A stretch of 52,307 nt of DNA, filler included, from Jimgerdemannia flammicorona (GCA_003990765.1; 2 parts of 2 records of this genome joined end to end with filler, not necessarily neighbours in it); one strand, 5' to 3'; shown: positions 23,511 to 37,100, counted from the first letter of the whole stretch. A program made the numbers and translations. The notes: generated by a model not told the origin, from the letters alone.

Positions 23511-25039
23511 ACATTTTGTATGCGAGAACATTCAATTTGGGGAATGAGTTACTTATGAGTACAACAACATTATGTACACTACACACTACTCTAATATAGT
23601 TATGCTTATATTCATAAGGTTCGACCATGTCGCACTCGTATCTTCCATTTAAATATTCGAGTGTTTCCTATATGTAATGAATGCAATCTATTGAGTGAGA
23701 TCGCCTCAAGGTACCTCGCATTGGAAACGCACTATGTCAAGAATATGTAAATGAGAAATTATATTTTATGGTTAATATTAAATATGCGACTCGCACGTGA
23801 ATTAATATTCGGCATCACCAAGAACAATTGTAAGGAAAAAGGTGTCAGCAAACAGACTGTCCAGCCTGGCGACAAGGGGGACAAGGAGGGTAGTGATGCC
23901 CCCCCTGCATTCAAGCCAGCACAGCACATAGTACGCCCTTTAATTTTTTATGGTCTGAGTTTAAGCCCTGGTCGTATCTACCCGTATGTTGTATCGTAAA
24001 CTTGTGCATTTTGGTATATCTTCCCCTCAATAAAAAAATTTCTAGCAGAGGCCGGTTTTCAGTTACCGTTTTTCGGTCGGGAATGCATTGGCACGGGCCC
24101 GAGGAATCTTATACCAGCCATTGTGATCATGGGTATGTAATCGTGAAGTTGGTATCTCAGAAATGAAGTCACGGTTTACTGGAGTCCGTACTGGATGATT
24201 CGGATCCCAAACAGAAATAAGGACTCGACACGCATTCGAAATCTGGCAGGTAGTTGGCAATACGAATCTCTTTAGTGTGAATCAAAGCGGCGGGAATTGG
24301 CAGTATAAATCTTGTTCAATAGATGTTTCCTCTGTGAGAATCTCGTTGAAGGGATCTCAGCGGAGTGGTCTTGATTGTCAAGGTGTTTATGAACGAGCCA
24401 TCATAGACCTATACTATCGGCTCACGGGTACCTGCGGCTGACATGCCCCGCACTCTGCACTGTGGAGTGCGTTCACAGTAGGGAGACCTCGGGGTCAACA
24501 ATCTCGGTGGGGGGTTTCGTCATTGCAGTAGGTCATTAGAGCAGAGTGTATGTCGTGGCGTGTTGGGCAAGAATGACTGAAATTAACTTACTACGCGTGA
24601 AGGGCAACTTACAAAGGATCACACAAACAGAGCTACACATACAGTATGCAGGTTTCTCTACGTGACCAGGCCTCGCACTCAGCTGATCCTTCAACGTAGC
24701 CGTTGCAAACCCCTAAAAAGGGTTCGTTTGTCAAACACGCGCACCTGAAATTGGTCTTTTCGAGTGCCAAGTCACCTCGCCGCTCTCTTTTCGCCAATGC
24801 TTCGTCTTAACGCTGAACGATACCCTCGCCAATGATTCGTCAACGCTGAACTTCGACTTCGCCGACGTTCTCCAAAATGGAAACCTTGCGGCATATTTAG
24901 CCCAATTTGCTGGTCAATACAATACGCTCATTCGTCATAGGCGTTTTCCGAATAATAATTATATAAACTAATTATCTAGGACTCAGTTCGCAAACGTCGC
25001 CAAATCGCGAGAAAGACTTCGTCTATCTCTGTAAATCCA

Positions 25040-25760
25040 TTACATATCTTAATCCAACGCATGCCTGTCCTTCAAGACGTCCACCCCGCGCACCTTCTGA
25101 AGTTAAGGTATCCTGCCCTAGCCCTATGATGGAGGTTTATAGTACGCTTTCTCCTTCCTCACTGTTATACCTTGGCACCTTACGTTACTTCAAGCACGCC
25201 AACTGAGAAGCTAGATAACGCCTATTCAAACTATCTATAAACCCTACGCAGTCATTCATTTTATATCATAGTGCCGCCCATCGCACTTCCTGAAGATAAG
25301 GTATCCTGCCTTAGCCCTACGATGGAGGTGTACGGAGTATTCATAGTGCGCTTCATCCAGATGGTCCACGACCAGGTCCTGGTGAAGAACCGAAAACACT
25401 GGGGCATCGTGGTGCTTGATTTGCGGTTCCCGAACTCAGAGCCGGAGAGGCTGGTGGCAATCACAGCAAAAGGTCCCGCGTACAGTGGGAACTGTTGACG
25501 AAGCTCAAATCCGTGGAGCGCAGCACTTGCGACCGCCTGAACTGGGCAACCTTCTGGGACTTCGTCGAAGAACGCTTTGACCAGACGAACGAAGAGTTCG
25601 AAAGATTCAAGCTGGAGCTCATTGCGAGGGTGAATAGGGGCCGGCTCAGTTTCGACCACATTATTACAAAGGCGAATCCCCGGTGTACTGGCCTTCGAAG
25701 GACCCCGACATGCGCTTGATTCGCTTTCAGTTCCATTTCAACCAATTTAGGGAATGAGTT
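25040..25760 (+). pseudogene. Paralog 3 (frameshifted, 25270-25750) plus an extra 5' fragment (25040-25140)
   Basis: Homologous to 22977-23510, with deletions and frameshifts near 25480 and 25680. Confidence 0.85.
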
Positions 25761-26107
25761 GCCTATGAGTACAAACAGCATTATGAACAATACACACTAA
25801 TCCAATATAGTTATGTTTATATTCATACCATTCGACCATGTCGCACTTGTATTTCCCACTTAAACACTTGCGTGGCCCCACATATGTAGTGAATACAATC
25901 TATTAAGCAGGATCGCTTCCATGAACTGGAAGGTGCTCAGTATAGGATCGAGTCAAAACATTATGCTGTGAATCTCTATATCTCTACGAGGCTCGCTCTG
26001 AAAACATTATATGTAATTAGAATTTCCCTGTACCACCTTTGTGAATTTATGCTTAATGTTAAAATTATATAAATTAATATCTGTTTTTTTTTTTTTTTTT
26101 AAAAAAA

Positions 26108-26207
26108 NNNNNNNNNNNNNNNNNNNNNNNNNNNNNNNNNNNNNNNNNNNNTTAATTAATTAANNNNNNNNNNNNNNNNNNNNNNNNNNNNNNNNNNNNN
26201 NNNNNNN
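26108..26207. other. Artificial 100-bp contig spacer N44-TTAATTAATTAA-N44
   Basis: Symmetric Ns flank a linker with stop codons in all six frames. Confidence 0.97.
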
Positions 26208-27791
26208 GTCTTGAGGTGATTACTTCTCTTCCTGTCCAAATGCTAGTGATGACTGGTTCTCCTGTAGTGGCAGAGGTTGGTGTTGTATCAAATGTATCCA
26301 GTTTGACTGTGGGTTCTTGTGAGCTGAAAAGTCACATCAATTTTGAAATCTTCCCAGTTGAGCCCCCAAATGTAACGTGCCAGCTCAATGGAGGCAAATT
26401 ATAAGGTTGGGGGTTGATGTAGTTTGGCTTGAGCCCCCAGTTACTTTGTCAAAAAGTAACAAAATGTTCTAAGATTCCTGAGGTCCTTGGTGTTTAGCAG
26501 TATAATAGTCAAAGCTGGATATCTGCGAGTGATTTCCTTATTGGGACGGTTCTCTGGGTGTAGCGGCGATTTGTGTGAATGGGTTTCCTTCCTGGGTCAA
26601 CTGGGAATGGCAGAATTTGTATGTAGTGCGAGTGGTTTCCTTCTTGAGTGACAATCTTCTGATTTCTGCGTGACGATCTGGTAATTTAGCGGTTCTCCTT
26701 ATGCGGTTTCTGCGTGACGATCTCTGTGTAGCACGATGATCTCCTTATGCGTGACGGTCTGGCAATTTAGCAGTTCTCCTTATGCGGATTTGGCAGATAA
26801 CTTGATTTGGCTCACTGGGAATTGTATGGCGTGGATCCTTCCTAGGCTCACTGGGAATGATGAACAACTTGGATGGCTCTTCTGGGAATGTGGATAACTC
26901 GAAAGTGGTGGATGATGCAGATTTGGCAGGCTTCTTGAAAGCAGCGGCTTAACTGGGAATTAACTCAGATGGATGGCACAGATTTGGCTTCAACTGGGAA
27001 TACAGTGGATAACTCAAAAAACAGCAGGTGACACGGATTCTTCCTGAATCAGCAGACTCTAACTGGGAAACAGATGGCGGCTTGGAAAGGGTCTCTTGGC
27101 AAAGTTGCATTAAAGACTGGCTTCATTTGCATGGGGTTACATCATAGACTGGCTCCACTGTGAAGTTGCGTCAGGAACTGGCTTGAGCAAGGTGGCTTTC
27201 TGGGAATGCGGCAAAGTTCTTCCTTGAAGTTGGCAGGAAACTGGGATTCTTCAGGCTTATCTGGCAAGCAAACCAAAAACGAACTCATTCTTTGTATCGG
27301 AAAGTGGACTGGAGTGGAAAGGGGAAATAAGCTCACAATCTCCTAACAGTGGCTATAGAGTTCCTCTCGAAGTGTGGTAGGCAGACTTGTCTTTTGCTTC
27401 AATTTTGGACTTTTCAGACTGAGGTTTTATTCACTCTCATCTCTGGGGTAATTTATACAAGTTGGTTGCTATCTGGTTGCTATGTAGCTAACTATAGATT
27501 TGCTATCTTCGGTAATATTGGGTGTGTCCTCTGGGTACAGGTGTGTCCACAGGATATGAGTGTGTCCGCAGGACATGAGTGTGTCCGCAGGACATGAGTG
27601 TGTCCGCCAGACATGAGTATGTCCTCAGGATACAGGTAAACAATCCTGATCTGGTGTCTTGGCTAATTATAAGTGTGGTGGGCATGGGTAACTATGATAC
27701 ACTAGAAGTTACATCATACTGAGTAGGTATGCTAATTGTTCGCATCATCTGGCTAAGTTATAATTCGGGTGGTACGTTTTGGTCTGTTACA
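26208..27791 (-). mobile_element. 5' end of a Ty3/Gypsy element: 1.42-kb LTR (26371-27791) and tRNA-Pro-type PBS
   Basis: TGTAAC...GTTACA termini, with minus-strand TATAAA at ~27455 and AATAAA at ~27428. PBS TGGGGGCTCAACTGGGAA (rc 26351-26368) resembles the tRNA-Pro PBS TGGGGGCTCGTCCGGGAT. Confidence 0.85.
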
Positions 27792-28729
27792 ATAGTAACT
27801 AAGTTATAAGTCACTTTTTACAATTATCAAATCTTTTAATATATACTAAAATTTTATTAATTATAAGAATTCTAATATTGTAACATGTCTGGCTCAATGA
27901 AGGCAAATTACAAGGTTGGGGGTTAATATAGTTTGGCTTAAGCCCCCAGTTACTTTGTTAAAAACAACAAAATATTCTTAGTGTTTAGTGGTATAATAGT
28001 CAATCTAGATATCTGTGAGTGATTTCCTTATTGGGATGAGTTCTCTGGGTGTAGCAGCAATTTGTATGTCCTTTCTTCTTGAGTAATTATCTCTGATTTC
28101 TATATAACAATAGAGCCACTCAAAGTTTGATCTGAAAATGATCACATCCATTTTTATCTAGAGTACCTTCCATTTTCATCATAAGTGCCTTCTAATTTTG
28201 GATGGAACTCTAACCCTGGCTGAATTAGGTGAACTCTACAATCTGTAATCTGATTTTAATATTCTTAGACCGATTAGAAAGCCCTTGATAATGTGGTTCA
28301 CAAGCTTAAGAATATTAAATTTAGATGATATTCTGTAAAGTTATGATTGAAAACATCCAAATTTCTATAATATAGCCTTAATTACAGGCCACTAATGATT
28401 TTGGCCTTAATTTGGGTCTGATTAAAGACTACAATTATTAGTGGCCTACAAACAATTTGGCTTATTTCTCAACAACCTATTATCCAGATTTGATGTTCTT
28501 AGGCTCATTAAAAATTCATGAATATTGGGATTGCAGTATACTATATTTTATAAAATTTGGATAATAAGTCATTGAGAAATGAAGCAAAATATCTAAATCA
28601 TACAAATCTATTAAGTGGCCTTAAATTACAGGCCACTAATAATCTCAGCCTTAATTTGGGACTACCATCTTAGTTACTGGCCTCTGATTTAAGGCCAGAA
28701 TTATAATTCAGCTCAGTCAAGTGGCCACT

Positions 28730-29330
28730 GCTATTGGGACGAGCAAACACAGATTATGAGCTTCATTCCATCATATAGCCTTCACATATATTCAAGATTT
28801 AGGTCAAGGCCATGTTCTGTTTCAGAGACTTGACTAGGCCAGTGCCCTCTCAGTACCAATGCTATTATCTTTAAAATAAACAGGGGATGAGTGAAATGTA
28901 CAGATCATGAGCTTCTTTCCACATATAATGCTTTACACAGTTTCTGACATACCTCCAAGAATCATCTCAGTCAATGTCATGTTCTCCTTCAGAGACTTGG
29001 TTAAGGTATATGCCCATCACCACCAATGTCATTTCCTTTAAAATGAATAGGGAATGAGCAAAAATGTACAGATTGTGAGCTTCATTCTATCATACAGCTG
29101 CATGCAATACTTCACAACAGCTCTGACATATATACTTTCGAGATTCAGCTTAGTCAAGGCTGTGTTCTACATTAGAGGCTTGGCCAGTGTGCATGTCCTC
29201 TCATCACAAATGTCATTCTCTTTAAATTGAACAGGGGAAAAATGAAAATACACAGATTGTGAGCCTCATTCTATCACACAGCTACACAAAATGCTTTACA
29301 TACTTTCCTGATTCAGCTTCGTCAAGATAG
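28730..29330 (-). repeat. 3-4 LRR exon+intron units in the left TIR
   Basis: Reverse complement of the units at 34180-37770. Confidence 0.85.
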
Positions 29331-29879
29331 GGTGGATCTTCCAATTCTGTTGGATGGATCTTACTCTAATATTCATGCAGTATTACTTTTATGAGTTCAC
29401 AATGTTACTCAGTCTTGTGGTGGGTGTTTCAGAGTTGGCAGCATCAGGCTTTCTTTTAGGAGTGAGTATTAGTTCAGTTGGAATAAATGTTGGTTTGGCA
29501 GAGATAAATGTTAATTCATCAGTGGTGGGTGTTGGCTTGGCAGGGGAAGGTGTGGTGGGTATTGGTTCCACAGAGGCAGATATTTGTTTGGCATATTTGG
29601 TAGATTTAGTTGATTCAGCAGGGATCTATCACATTCTCTACAATTGTCTGTCCATATTTTATCATCCATATTCCATCCTGTTATCTATTCATATTATATC
29701 TTATTGTCTATTTATTACTCATCATCCAGATTTTATCCTATCATCTATCTATATTCTATTTCAATAGTCTGACTTTCATCTTCTCCTCTACTGTTATGAA
29801 GCAAGTAACATTGTCATAATTATGTTCCTTTTCTGGTCACCCTCGCTATTATTCTCCAGTTCTTGAAATAATATATTTC

Positions 29880-31130
29880 TTTGTACTTCATATTGACCAT
29901 TTTCATCTTCATCTTCATTTTCTTCATCTCCTGTATTTTCTTCTCTAGGTGGTAATATGGTGTCATTTGAGGCTTAAATAAAGTTGTGTAATATCATAGC
30001 TACATAGATGAGATTTACAGCTTTGATGGGATTCCTTGTGCAAAGACTTCTCAAGAGTGGAAAACGTGTCTTCAGTCTATCAAAAGCATGCTCAACAACA
30101 ACATGAGTTTTAGATAGATGCTTGTTAAATACATTTCTAAGATCTCCATGTGGTGGCTTTGCATAAGGACAGATTATATATATTGCACAAGGTTTGTAGC
30201 CATTATCTGTAAGAAAATAGCCATCATTAATAAAATATTTTATATAGTCTTTAGGAAGAAATGATTCATTAAAAATCTTTCTATCATAATAGATGCTGGC
30301 CATCTAATTATAAAGCTGGTGAAATTTGCAAGATGGTCAACTGTTGCCTATACTGCCAGTGCATACTTCATCTTCCTTGATTAGTAAGATGTCTTATTGA
30401 CTATTGATGCATCTTGAAAAGGAATATGAGTACCATCAATTGCACCAATAATACTTGCAAAGCCTGCAATTTGCTGAAATCCTTTATGAACTTCTTGATG
30501 TTCTTTTCCACATGGCCACTGAACATATGTTGCCCTCAGGTTATCAACAATTGCTATCATAATTCTTGTACAAAAGGTTTCAATAGATCCTTCTGCACAG
30601 CTAAAGAGTATTGATAACTCTGTATATATCATCAGTCTACCAAGTTGCTTGAGTAATATTGCAACCTGAATATATACTGGAGTTTGCTGTTTGTTTGATT
30701 GGAACACAGGATGTGACATCAACTTCAATACCAACTTGTCATATGTACTCTGCATCATTCTCAGAACTTTAAGACATTCTCTATCTTCATAGTATGGAAG
30801 CACATTGTTTACCCAGTCTAAAGAGATAGGTATTCTATGTCTTTGAGAAGTGCTATATCAAGATTGAGATAAGTCTGTACTTGCCAATACCTCATTTGCT
30901 AAGAAATGAACATCCATTGTCTCTTCCAGAGTAGTTTTGTCATCATCATTATCATCATCATCATCATTATCATCATCATCATCATTATCATCATCATTAT
31001 CACTATCATCAACACTACTATCAGAAGAACTTTTTTTATTTTCAATAATAGTGTCCATTATAGCTATTACTGACAGACTTACTGCTGCTTGTATGAGGGC
31101 TGGAAGTTTTTTAGAAAGTCAAGGCATCAG
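29880..31130 (-). pseudogene. Harbinger/HARBI1-like DDE transposase (DDE_Tnp_4 type)
   Basis: Motifs LRMMQSTYDKLV, YVQWP, GFASIIGAIDGTHIP, YFLTDNGY, FNKHLSKTHVVVEHAFDRLKTRF and AMILHNFI. Contains stops and a frameshift. Confidence 0.93.
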
Positions 31131-31406
31131 ATTGTCATGCCAGTAGTCACAGTAAGTCAGGATAAGATATTGTGCTATAAGTCAGATCTGAATATAGTGA
31201 TGTGCTGTTAAAGTCAGGATTGTACTAAATTGTGAAAGTCCATATAGGTCAGAATATAGATATTGTCCTGAATCATAGAAGGTCACACAACAGAGATTTC
31301 TGAATTGTAGAGTCTATAAAAGAATATAGAGATCATGCTAAATTGCAGAAGTACTGTAAGTTAGAATATGGATGTTATAATGAATTATAGAGGTCAGTAT
31401 TATGGA

Positions 31407-31749
31407 TAGTGCTCCCAAATGAATCGAATTAATTTGAAATAAATCGAATTGAGGGTCATTTGAATCAAATCAAATTGAGGGTCCAATTCGAACACTATTT
31501 TTAGAAATATAATAGCTCGATGAATACATGTCCAAATTCAACGATTGTTAGCTTGTTAGATTCCCCTATATAAGGGGAATCTAACAAGCTAAAGATTATT
31601 GAATTTGGATATGTATTCATCGAGTCATTAAATTTCTCAAAATAGAGTTCAAATCAGACCTCAAATTGAATTGGCCCTCAATTCAAATTGATCTGAATCG
31701 AATTGAATTTAGGTCCAATTTGAATTGATTTGATTCATTGAGAGCACTA
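31407..31749. mobile_element. 343-bp fold-back hAT-type MITE
   Basis: TAGTGCTC...GAGCACTA termini and an 8-bp TSD ATTATGGA (31399-31406, 31750-31757). Near-palindromic, centred at ~31570. Confidence 0.92.
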
Positions 31750-32009
31750 ATTATGGAAGTCATACTGTAAGTCAGAATATGGATGTTGAAATGAATTGTG
31801 AAGGTTGGTGTTGCGGGTGTCATACTATAAGTCAGAATATGGCTATTGTGTGGAATTGTTGAAGTTGGCATTGTTGGTGTCATATTGTAAGTCAGAAAAA
31901 CGTTAGCATTGTGCTGAAGTTGAAATACAGGCATTGGTAATTGGACTCTGTCAGATCGGACTCTAAATTGTTATACATGTAAATAGTGCTGGTCAGAGAT
32001 TTGATTTGA

Positions 32010-32465
32010 CAGCAGCAAAAAATATCCAACCCTGCAACACACCCGAAGCTTTACATAAACGTGAATATCTCCAAGAATACACATCAGAATTTAATAATTT
32101 TTATTGCGCTGGATTTGCCATGTAAAGGTGAATCCAACAAGCTAAAGTACATCCAAATCAGATATATATTCATGGAGTTATTAACATTTTTGTAGTTGGG
32201 TCGGGGATGGATTTATTCTCTGTCTCTGCATCATACTGAACCTGATAATAAACCTGTCCCCGACCCAACCACAGATAATGTTAATAATTCCATGAATATA
32301 CACCCGATTTGGATGTACTTTAGCTTGTTGGATTTACCTTAACATAGTGAATCCAGTATAAGAAAATTATTAAATTCTGATGGGTATTTGTAGAGTTATT
32401 TATATTTATGTGAAGGATCAGTTGAGCTGCAAGGTCAGCTTTTTTTTTGGGTTGGATATTCTGCT
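32010..32465. repeat. ~450-bp fold-back between the divergent Harbinger ORFs
   Basis: Arms at 32020-32217 and 32247-32460 are reverse complements (for example GAATCCAACAAGCTAAAGTACATCCAAATC / GATTTGGATGTACTTTAGCTTGTTGGATT). Confidence 0.85.
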
Positions 32466-32694
32466 GGATTATGTCAATTATGTACACAGGTCAGGTCAGG
32501 TTGTAGAGTTCTAGTTTAGTTCTGACTTACAATATGATGCCCACTGCCACAATTCAGTATGATATGACTTAACAAGACTTCTATAATTCAGCACAATATC
32601 CACATTCTGACATATACTATACAACTTCTACAAATTTCAGCACAAATACAGAAATCAGCTATATAGTACAAAACCCAGTTTATATTTGAATCTG

Positions 32695-34000
32695 GATGTG
32701 TACCAGTACTTCCTCAGTCTGGGACAGATGATGGGTCAGCTATCTCTACCACTGCCTCCTTGGGAACAGAATTGAATACTATTACCATCAATGATAATGA
32801 AAGTGAACTAACTCAAACACTACATTAAGGACAAAAGTGATTAAGAGACAAGGGAAAGGGAAAAGAAAAGGTTACATTATCTAAGAAACCTAGAGCTACT
32901 CCCTCCACCACATCTGCAATCAACACTACTATACCATGCAATCCAGTTGAAGCCTTACAAAAAATATATGATCCAGATGATCTAGATGTAGAAGATGAGA
33001 AAGAAAGAAATAGCAGTGATGCTGATGAACCTGCAGACAACATGCTTCGACCAACATCATCTATCATCTCTAATACACCTGATCTTTGACCTGTTGAAAC
33101 CAGACTGTAGCCTAAAGAACTACTTCATAGGCTTCTTGAACATATTCAGATAAACTTTATAAAGTATCAAATGTCTAAGGATATACTATATATACAGTGG
33201 ATACAGCAAGAGAGACTTACTTGCAATAAGGGCAGTGTCTGGTGCAAAGTATACATACCATATGCTTGAGACCCATTATTTTGTTCGAAAGCATAATAAG
33301 GAATCAGGAAATGAATCATTGTGCTGGGAATGATATGATACCATGCATGATATCTTCAGATATCTTCCAAACCTCTTCCCACATCTGCTGGTAGATTCAA
33401 CAGATGTAACAATCACAAATGAAGATACATCAAAGAAAAAGGCTGAGCAGAATATTGCTGAATCTATTCATGAGTTGACCAAGGCAGTGCAAAACTTGGA
33501 GAAGTTGATGGGTACGAAGATAGAAGGAGAGGAGGATAGAAAGAGAAAATGCGATCAGCTTACCTATGATTTGGAATTATGGTGCATAAAAGTATTAGAG
33601 AAGAATGCAGAAACAAGAGAGAAGAATGTGGAGCCAAGAAGACAGAGAGCAGAGGAAAGGGCAAGACGGAATAAATGCAGAAACAAAAGAAAGATGTATG
33701 CTATTGAGATGAGATATAAAAGTCAAAGTATTATAGAAGAAGAAGCTACAATCTCCAGTAAAAGCAGTGAGAGAGAGACAGAGGAAGAAAATTAGACTGA
33801 GGAAGATGAGACTGAGAAAGAAAATGAGACTGAGGAAGAAGATGAGATCAAGGAAGAAAATGAGACTGAGGAAGAAGGTGAGACTGAGAAAGAAAATGAG
33901 ACTGAGGAAGAAGATGAGACCAAGGAAGAAAATGAGACTGAGGAAGAAGATGAGACCAAGGAAGAAAATAGACAATGATAGAGAGATGAATGAGGAAATG
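32695..34000 (+). pseudogene. Harbinger second ORF: Myb/SANT-like (trihelix) DNA-binding protein with coiled coil and Glu-rich 18-bp repeats
   Basis: Translation reads *PKELLHRLLEHI..W..ERLTCNKGSVWCKV..LETHY..NKESGNESLCWE*YDTMHDIFRYLPNLFPHLLVDS. GAGACTGAGGAAGAAGAT repeats lie at 33775-33970. Confidence 0.75.
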
Positions 34001-34179
34001 AGAGACAAAATAAAATACATACATATATATGATAGAGATGAATACAGAGAGACAATTAATGGGCAATAGGATATAATATAGTTGAATAATTGGATAAAAT
34101 ATAAAGGATAAATAACAATTAATGGTGGAGGATAAGAGATGAACAAGGATGGGTGATGGAATCTGGACATTTTAAAGGG

Positions 34180-37100
34180 TTAACCAATCTAAATCTCAAA
34201 GGTATTTCATATGTGAAGCATTGTGTGCAACTGTATGATGGAAATAAGTCTCATGATCTATGTATTCTCACTCATCTCTGGTTCATTTTTAAGGTAATAG
34301 CATTGGTGACAAGGAGGCATATGCCCTAGCTGAGTATCTGAAGCAGAACATGAGCTGAATCTCAGAGATATGTCAGAACTGTATGAAGCATGTTGTGTGC
34401 AGCTGTGTGATGGAATGGAGCTCATGATCTGTGTGTTTTCACTCATCTCCTATGGGAATAGCATTAGTGATGAGAGGTATGTGTCCTAGCCAAGTATCTG
34501 AAGTAGAACACAAGCTGAATCTCAGAGGTATATCAGAACTGCATGAAGCATTGTATACAGCTGCATAATGAAATGAAGCTCATGATCTGTGCATTTTCTC
34601 TCATCTCCTATGAGAATAGCATTAGCAACGAGGGGCATGCACCCTAGCCAAGTCTCTAAAGTAGATTTTAATGGGAATAACACTGGTGGCAAGGAGCACA
34701 TGCCTTAGCCAAGCCTCTGAAGCAGAACATGACCTTGACTAAGCTGAATCTCTGAGGTATATCAGAACTGTGTGAAGCATTGTATACAGCTACATGATGG
34801 AATGAAGCTCATGATCTGTGTGTTTTCACTCATCCTCTGTTCATTTTTAAAGCAAATAGTATTGGTGATGAAGTAGCATGTGCCCTGAGTCTCTGAAGCA
34901 GAACATGACCTTGACTGAGCTAATTCTTAGAAGTATATCAAACTGTGTGAAATATTGTGTGCTGCTGCTTGATGGAATGAAGCTCGTGATCTGTACATTT
35001 TTGCTCATCCCCTGTACAATTTTAAAAAGAATGACATTGGTGGTGAGAGGGTACATGCCCTACTGAGTCTCTGAAGCAGAACACGACCTTGACTAAGCTG
35101 AATCTTTAAGGTATATCAGAACTGTGTGAAGTATTGTATGCAGCTATACAATAGAATGAAGCTCATGATCTGTGCATTTTCACTCATCCCCTGTTCATTT
35201 TTAAAGGAAATAGTATTGGTGATGAAGTAGCATGTGCCCTAACTGAGTCTCTGAAGTAGAACACAATCTTGGCTGAGCTGATTCTCAGAGACATGTCAGA
35301 ACTGTATGAAATATTGTATGCTGCTGTATGATGGAATGAAGCACATGATCTGTATATTTTCACTCACCCCCTGTTCAATTTTAAAGGGAATGACATTGGC
35401 AGTGAGAGAGTACATGCCCTACTGAGTCTCTGAAGCAGAACATGACTTTGATGGAGCTGAATCTCTGAGGTGTATCAGAACTGTATGAAGTATTATATGC
35501 AGCTGTATGATAGAATGAAGCTCATGATCTGTGCATTTTCTCTCATATTCTATGGGAATAGCATTAGCAATAAGGGGCATATACCCTAACTGAGTCTCTA
35601 AGGTAGATTTTAATGGGAATGACACTGTGCCCTAGCCAAGCCTCTGAAGTAGAACACCACCTTGACTGAGCTGAATCTCTGAGGTATATCAGAACTGTGT
35701 GAAGCATTGTGTGTAGCTGTACAATGGAATGAAGCCCATGATCAGTGTGTTTCCACTCATCCTCTGTTCATTTTAAAGTGAATAGCATTGGTGACAAAGT
35801 AGCACACACCCTAACTGAGTCTCTGAAGCAGAACACAACCTTGATCAAGCTGATTCTCAGAGGCATGTCAGAACTGTGTGAAACATTGTATACTGCTGCA
35901 TGATGGAATAAAGCTCACAATCTGTACATTTTTACTCACCCCCTGTTCAATTTTAAAGGGAATGACATTGGCAGTAAGAGGGTATGTACTCTACTGAGTC
36001 TCTGAAGCAGAATATGACTTTGACTGAGCTGAATCTCCAAGGTATGTCAGAACTGCATGAAGCATTGTGTACAGCTGCATGATGGAATGAAGCTCACAAT
36101 CTGTGTGTTTTCTCATCTTCTATGGGAATAGCATTAGCAATAAGGGGCATATGCCCTAGCTGAGTCTCTAAGGTAGATTTTAATGAGAATGACACTGTGC
36201 CCTAGCTGAGCCTCTGAAGTAGAACACCACCTTAACCAAGCTGAATCTCTGAGGTATATCAGAACTGTGTAAAGTATTGTGTGCATCTGCACAATGGAAT
36301 GAAGCCTATGATCTATGTATTTTCACTCATTCCCCATTCATTTTAAAGTAAATAGCATTGGTGATAAAGTGGCATGTGCCCTAACCAAGTCTCTGAAGCA
36401 GAACACAACCTTGACTGAGCTAATTCTCAGAGGTATATCAGAACTGTATGAAACATTGTATACTGCTGTGTGATGGAATGAAGCTTGTGATCTGTATATT
36501 TTCACTCATCCCCTGTTCAATTTTAAAGGGAATAACATTGGTGGCGAGAGAGTACATACCCTACTGAGTCTTTAAAGCAGAATATGACCTTGACTGAGCT
36601 GAATCTTTGAGGTATATCAGAACTGTGTGAAGCAGTATATGCAGCTGTGCAATGGAATGAAGCTTATGATCTGTACATTTTCACTCATCCCCTGTTCATT
36701 TTTAAAGGGAATAGCATTGGCAATGAGAGGCATGTGCCCTAGCTGAGTATCTGAAGCAGAACATAAGCTGAATCTTGGAGATATATCAGAACTGCATGAA
36801 GTATTGTGTGCAGCTGCATGATGGAATGAAGCTCAAGAACTGTGTGTTTTCTCTCATCTCCTATGGGAATAGCATTAGTGATGAGGGGCATGCACCCTAG
36901 CCAAGTCTCTAAAGTAGATTTTAATGTGAATGACACTGGCAGTGAGGGAGCACATGCCTTAGCCAAGCCTCTGAAGCAGTACACAACCTTGACCAAGCTG
37001 AATCTCCAACATATATCAGAACTGTGTGAAGCATTGTGTGTAGCTGCATGATGGAATAAAGCTCATGATCTGTGCATTTTCACTCATTCCCTGTTCATTT

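Noticed and set aside
24460..24510. Kinase catalytic-loop relic (HxxDLGVNN)
   Set aside because: It needs frameshifts and no other kinase subdomains are visible.
33595..34170. Hydrophobic or Arg/Lys-rich ORFs over the 18-bp repeat, and the poly-Phe ORF at 47002-47220
   Set aside because: These are alternative-frame artefacts of simple repeats.
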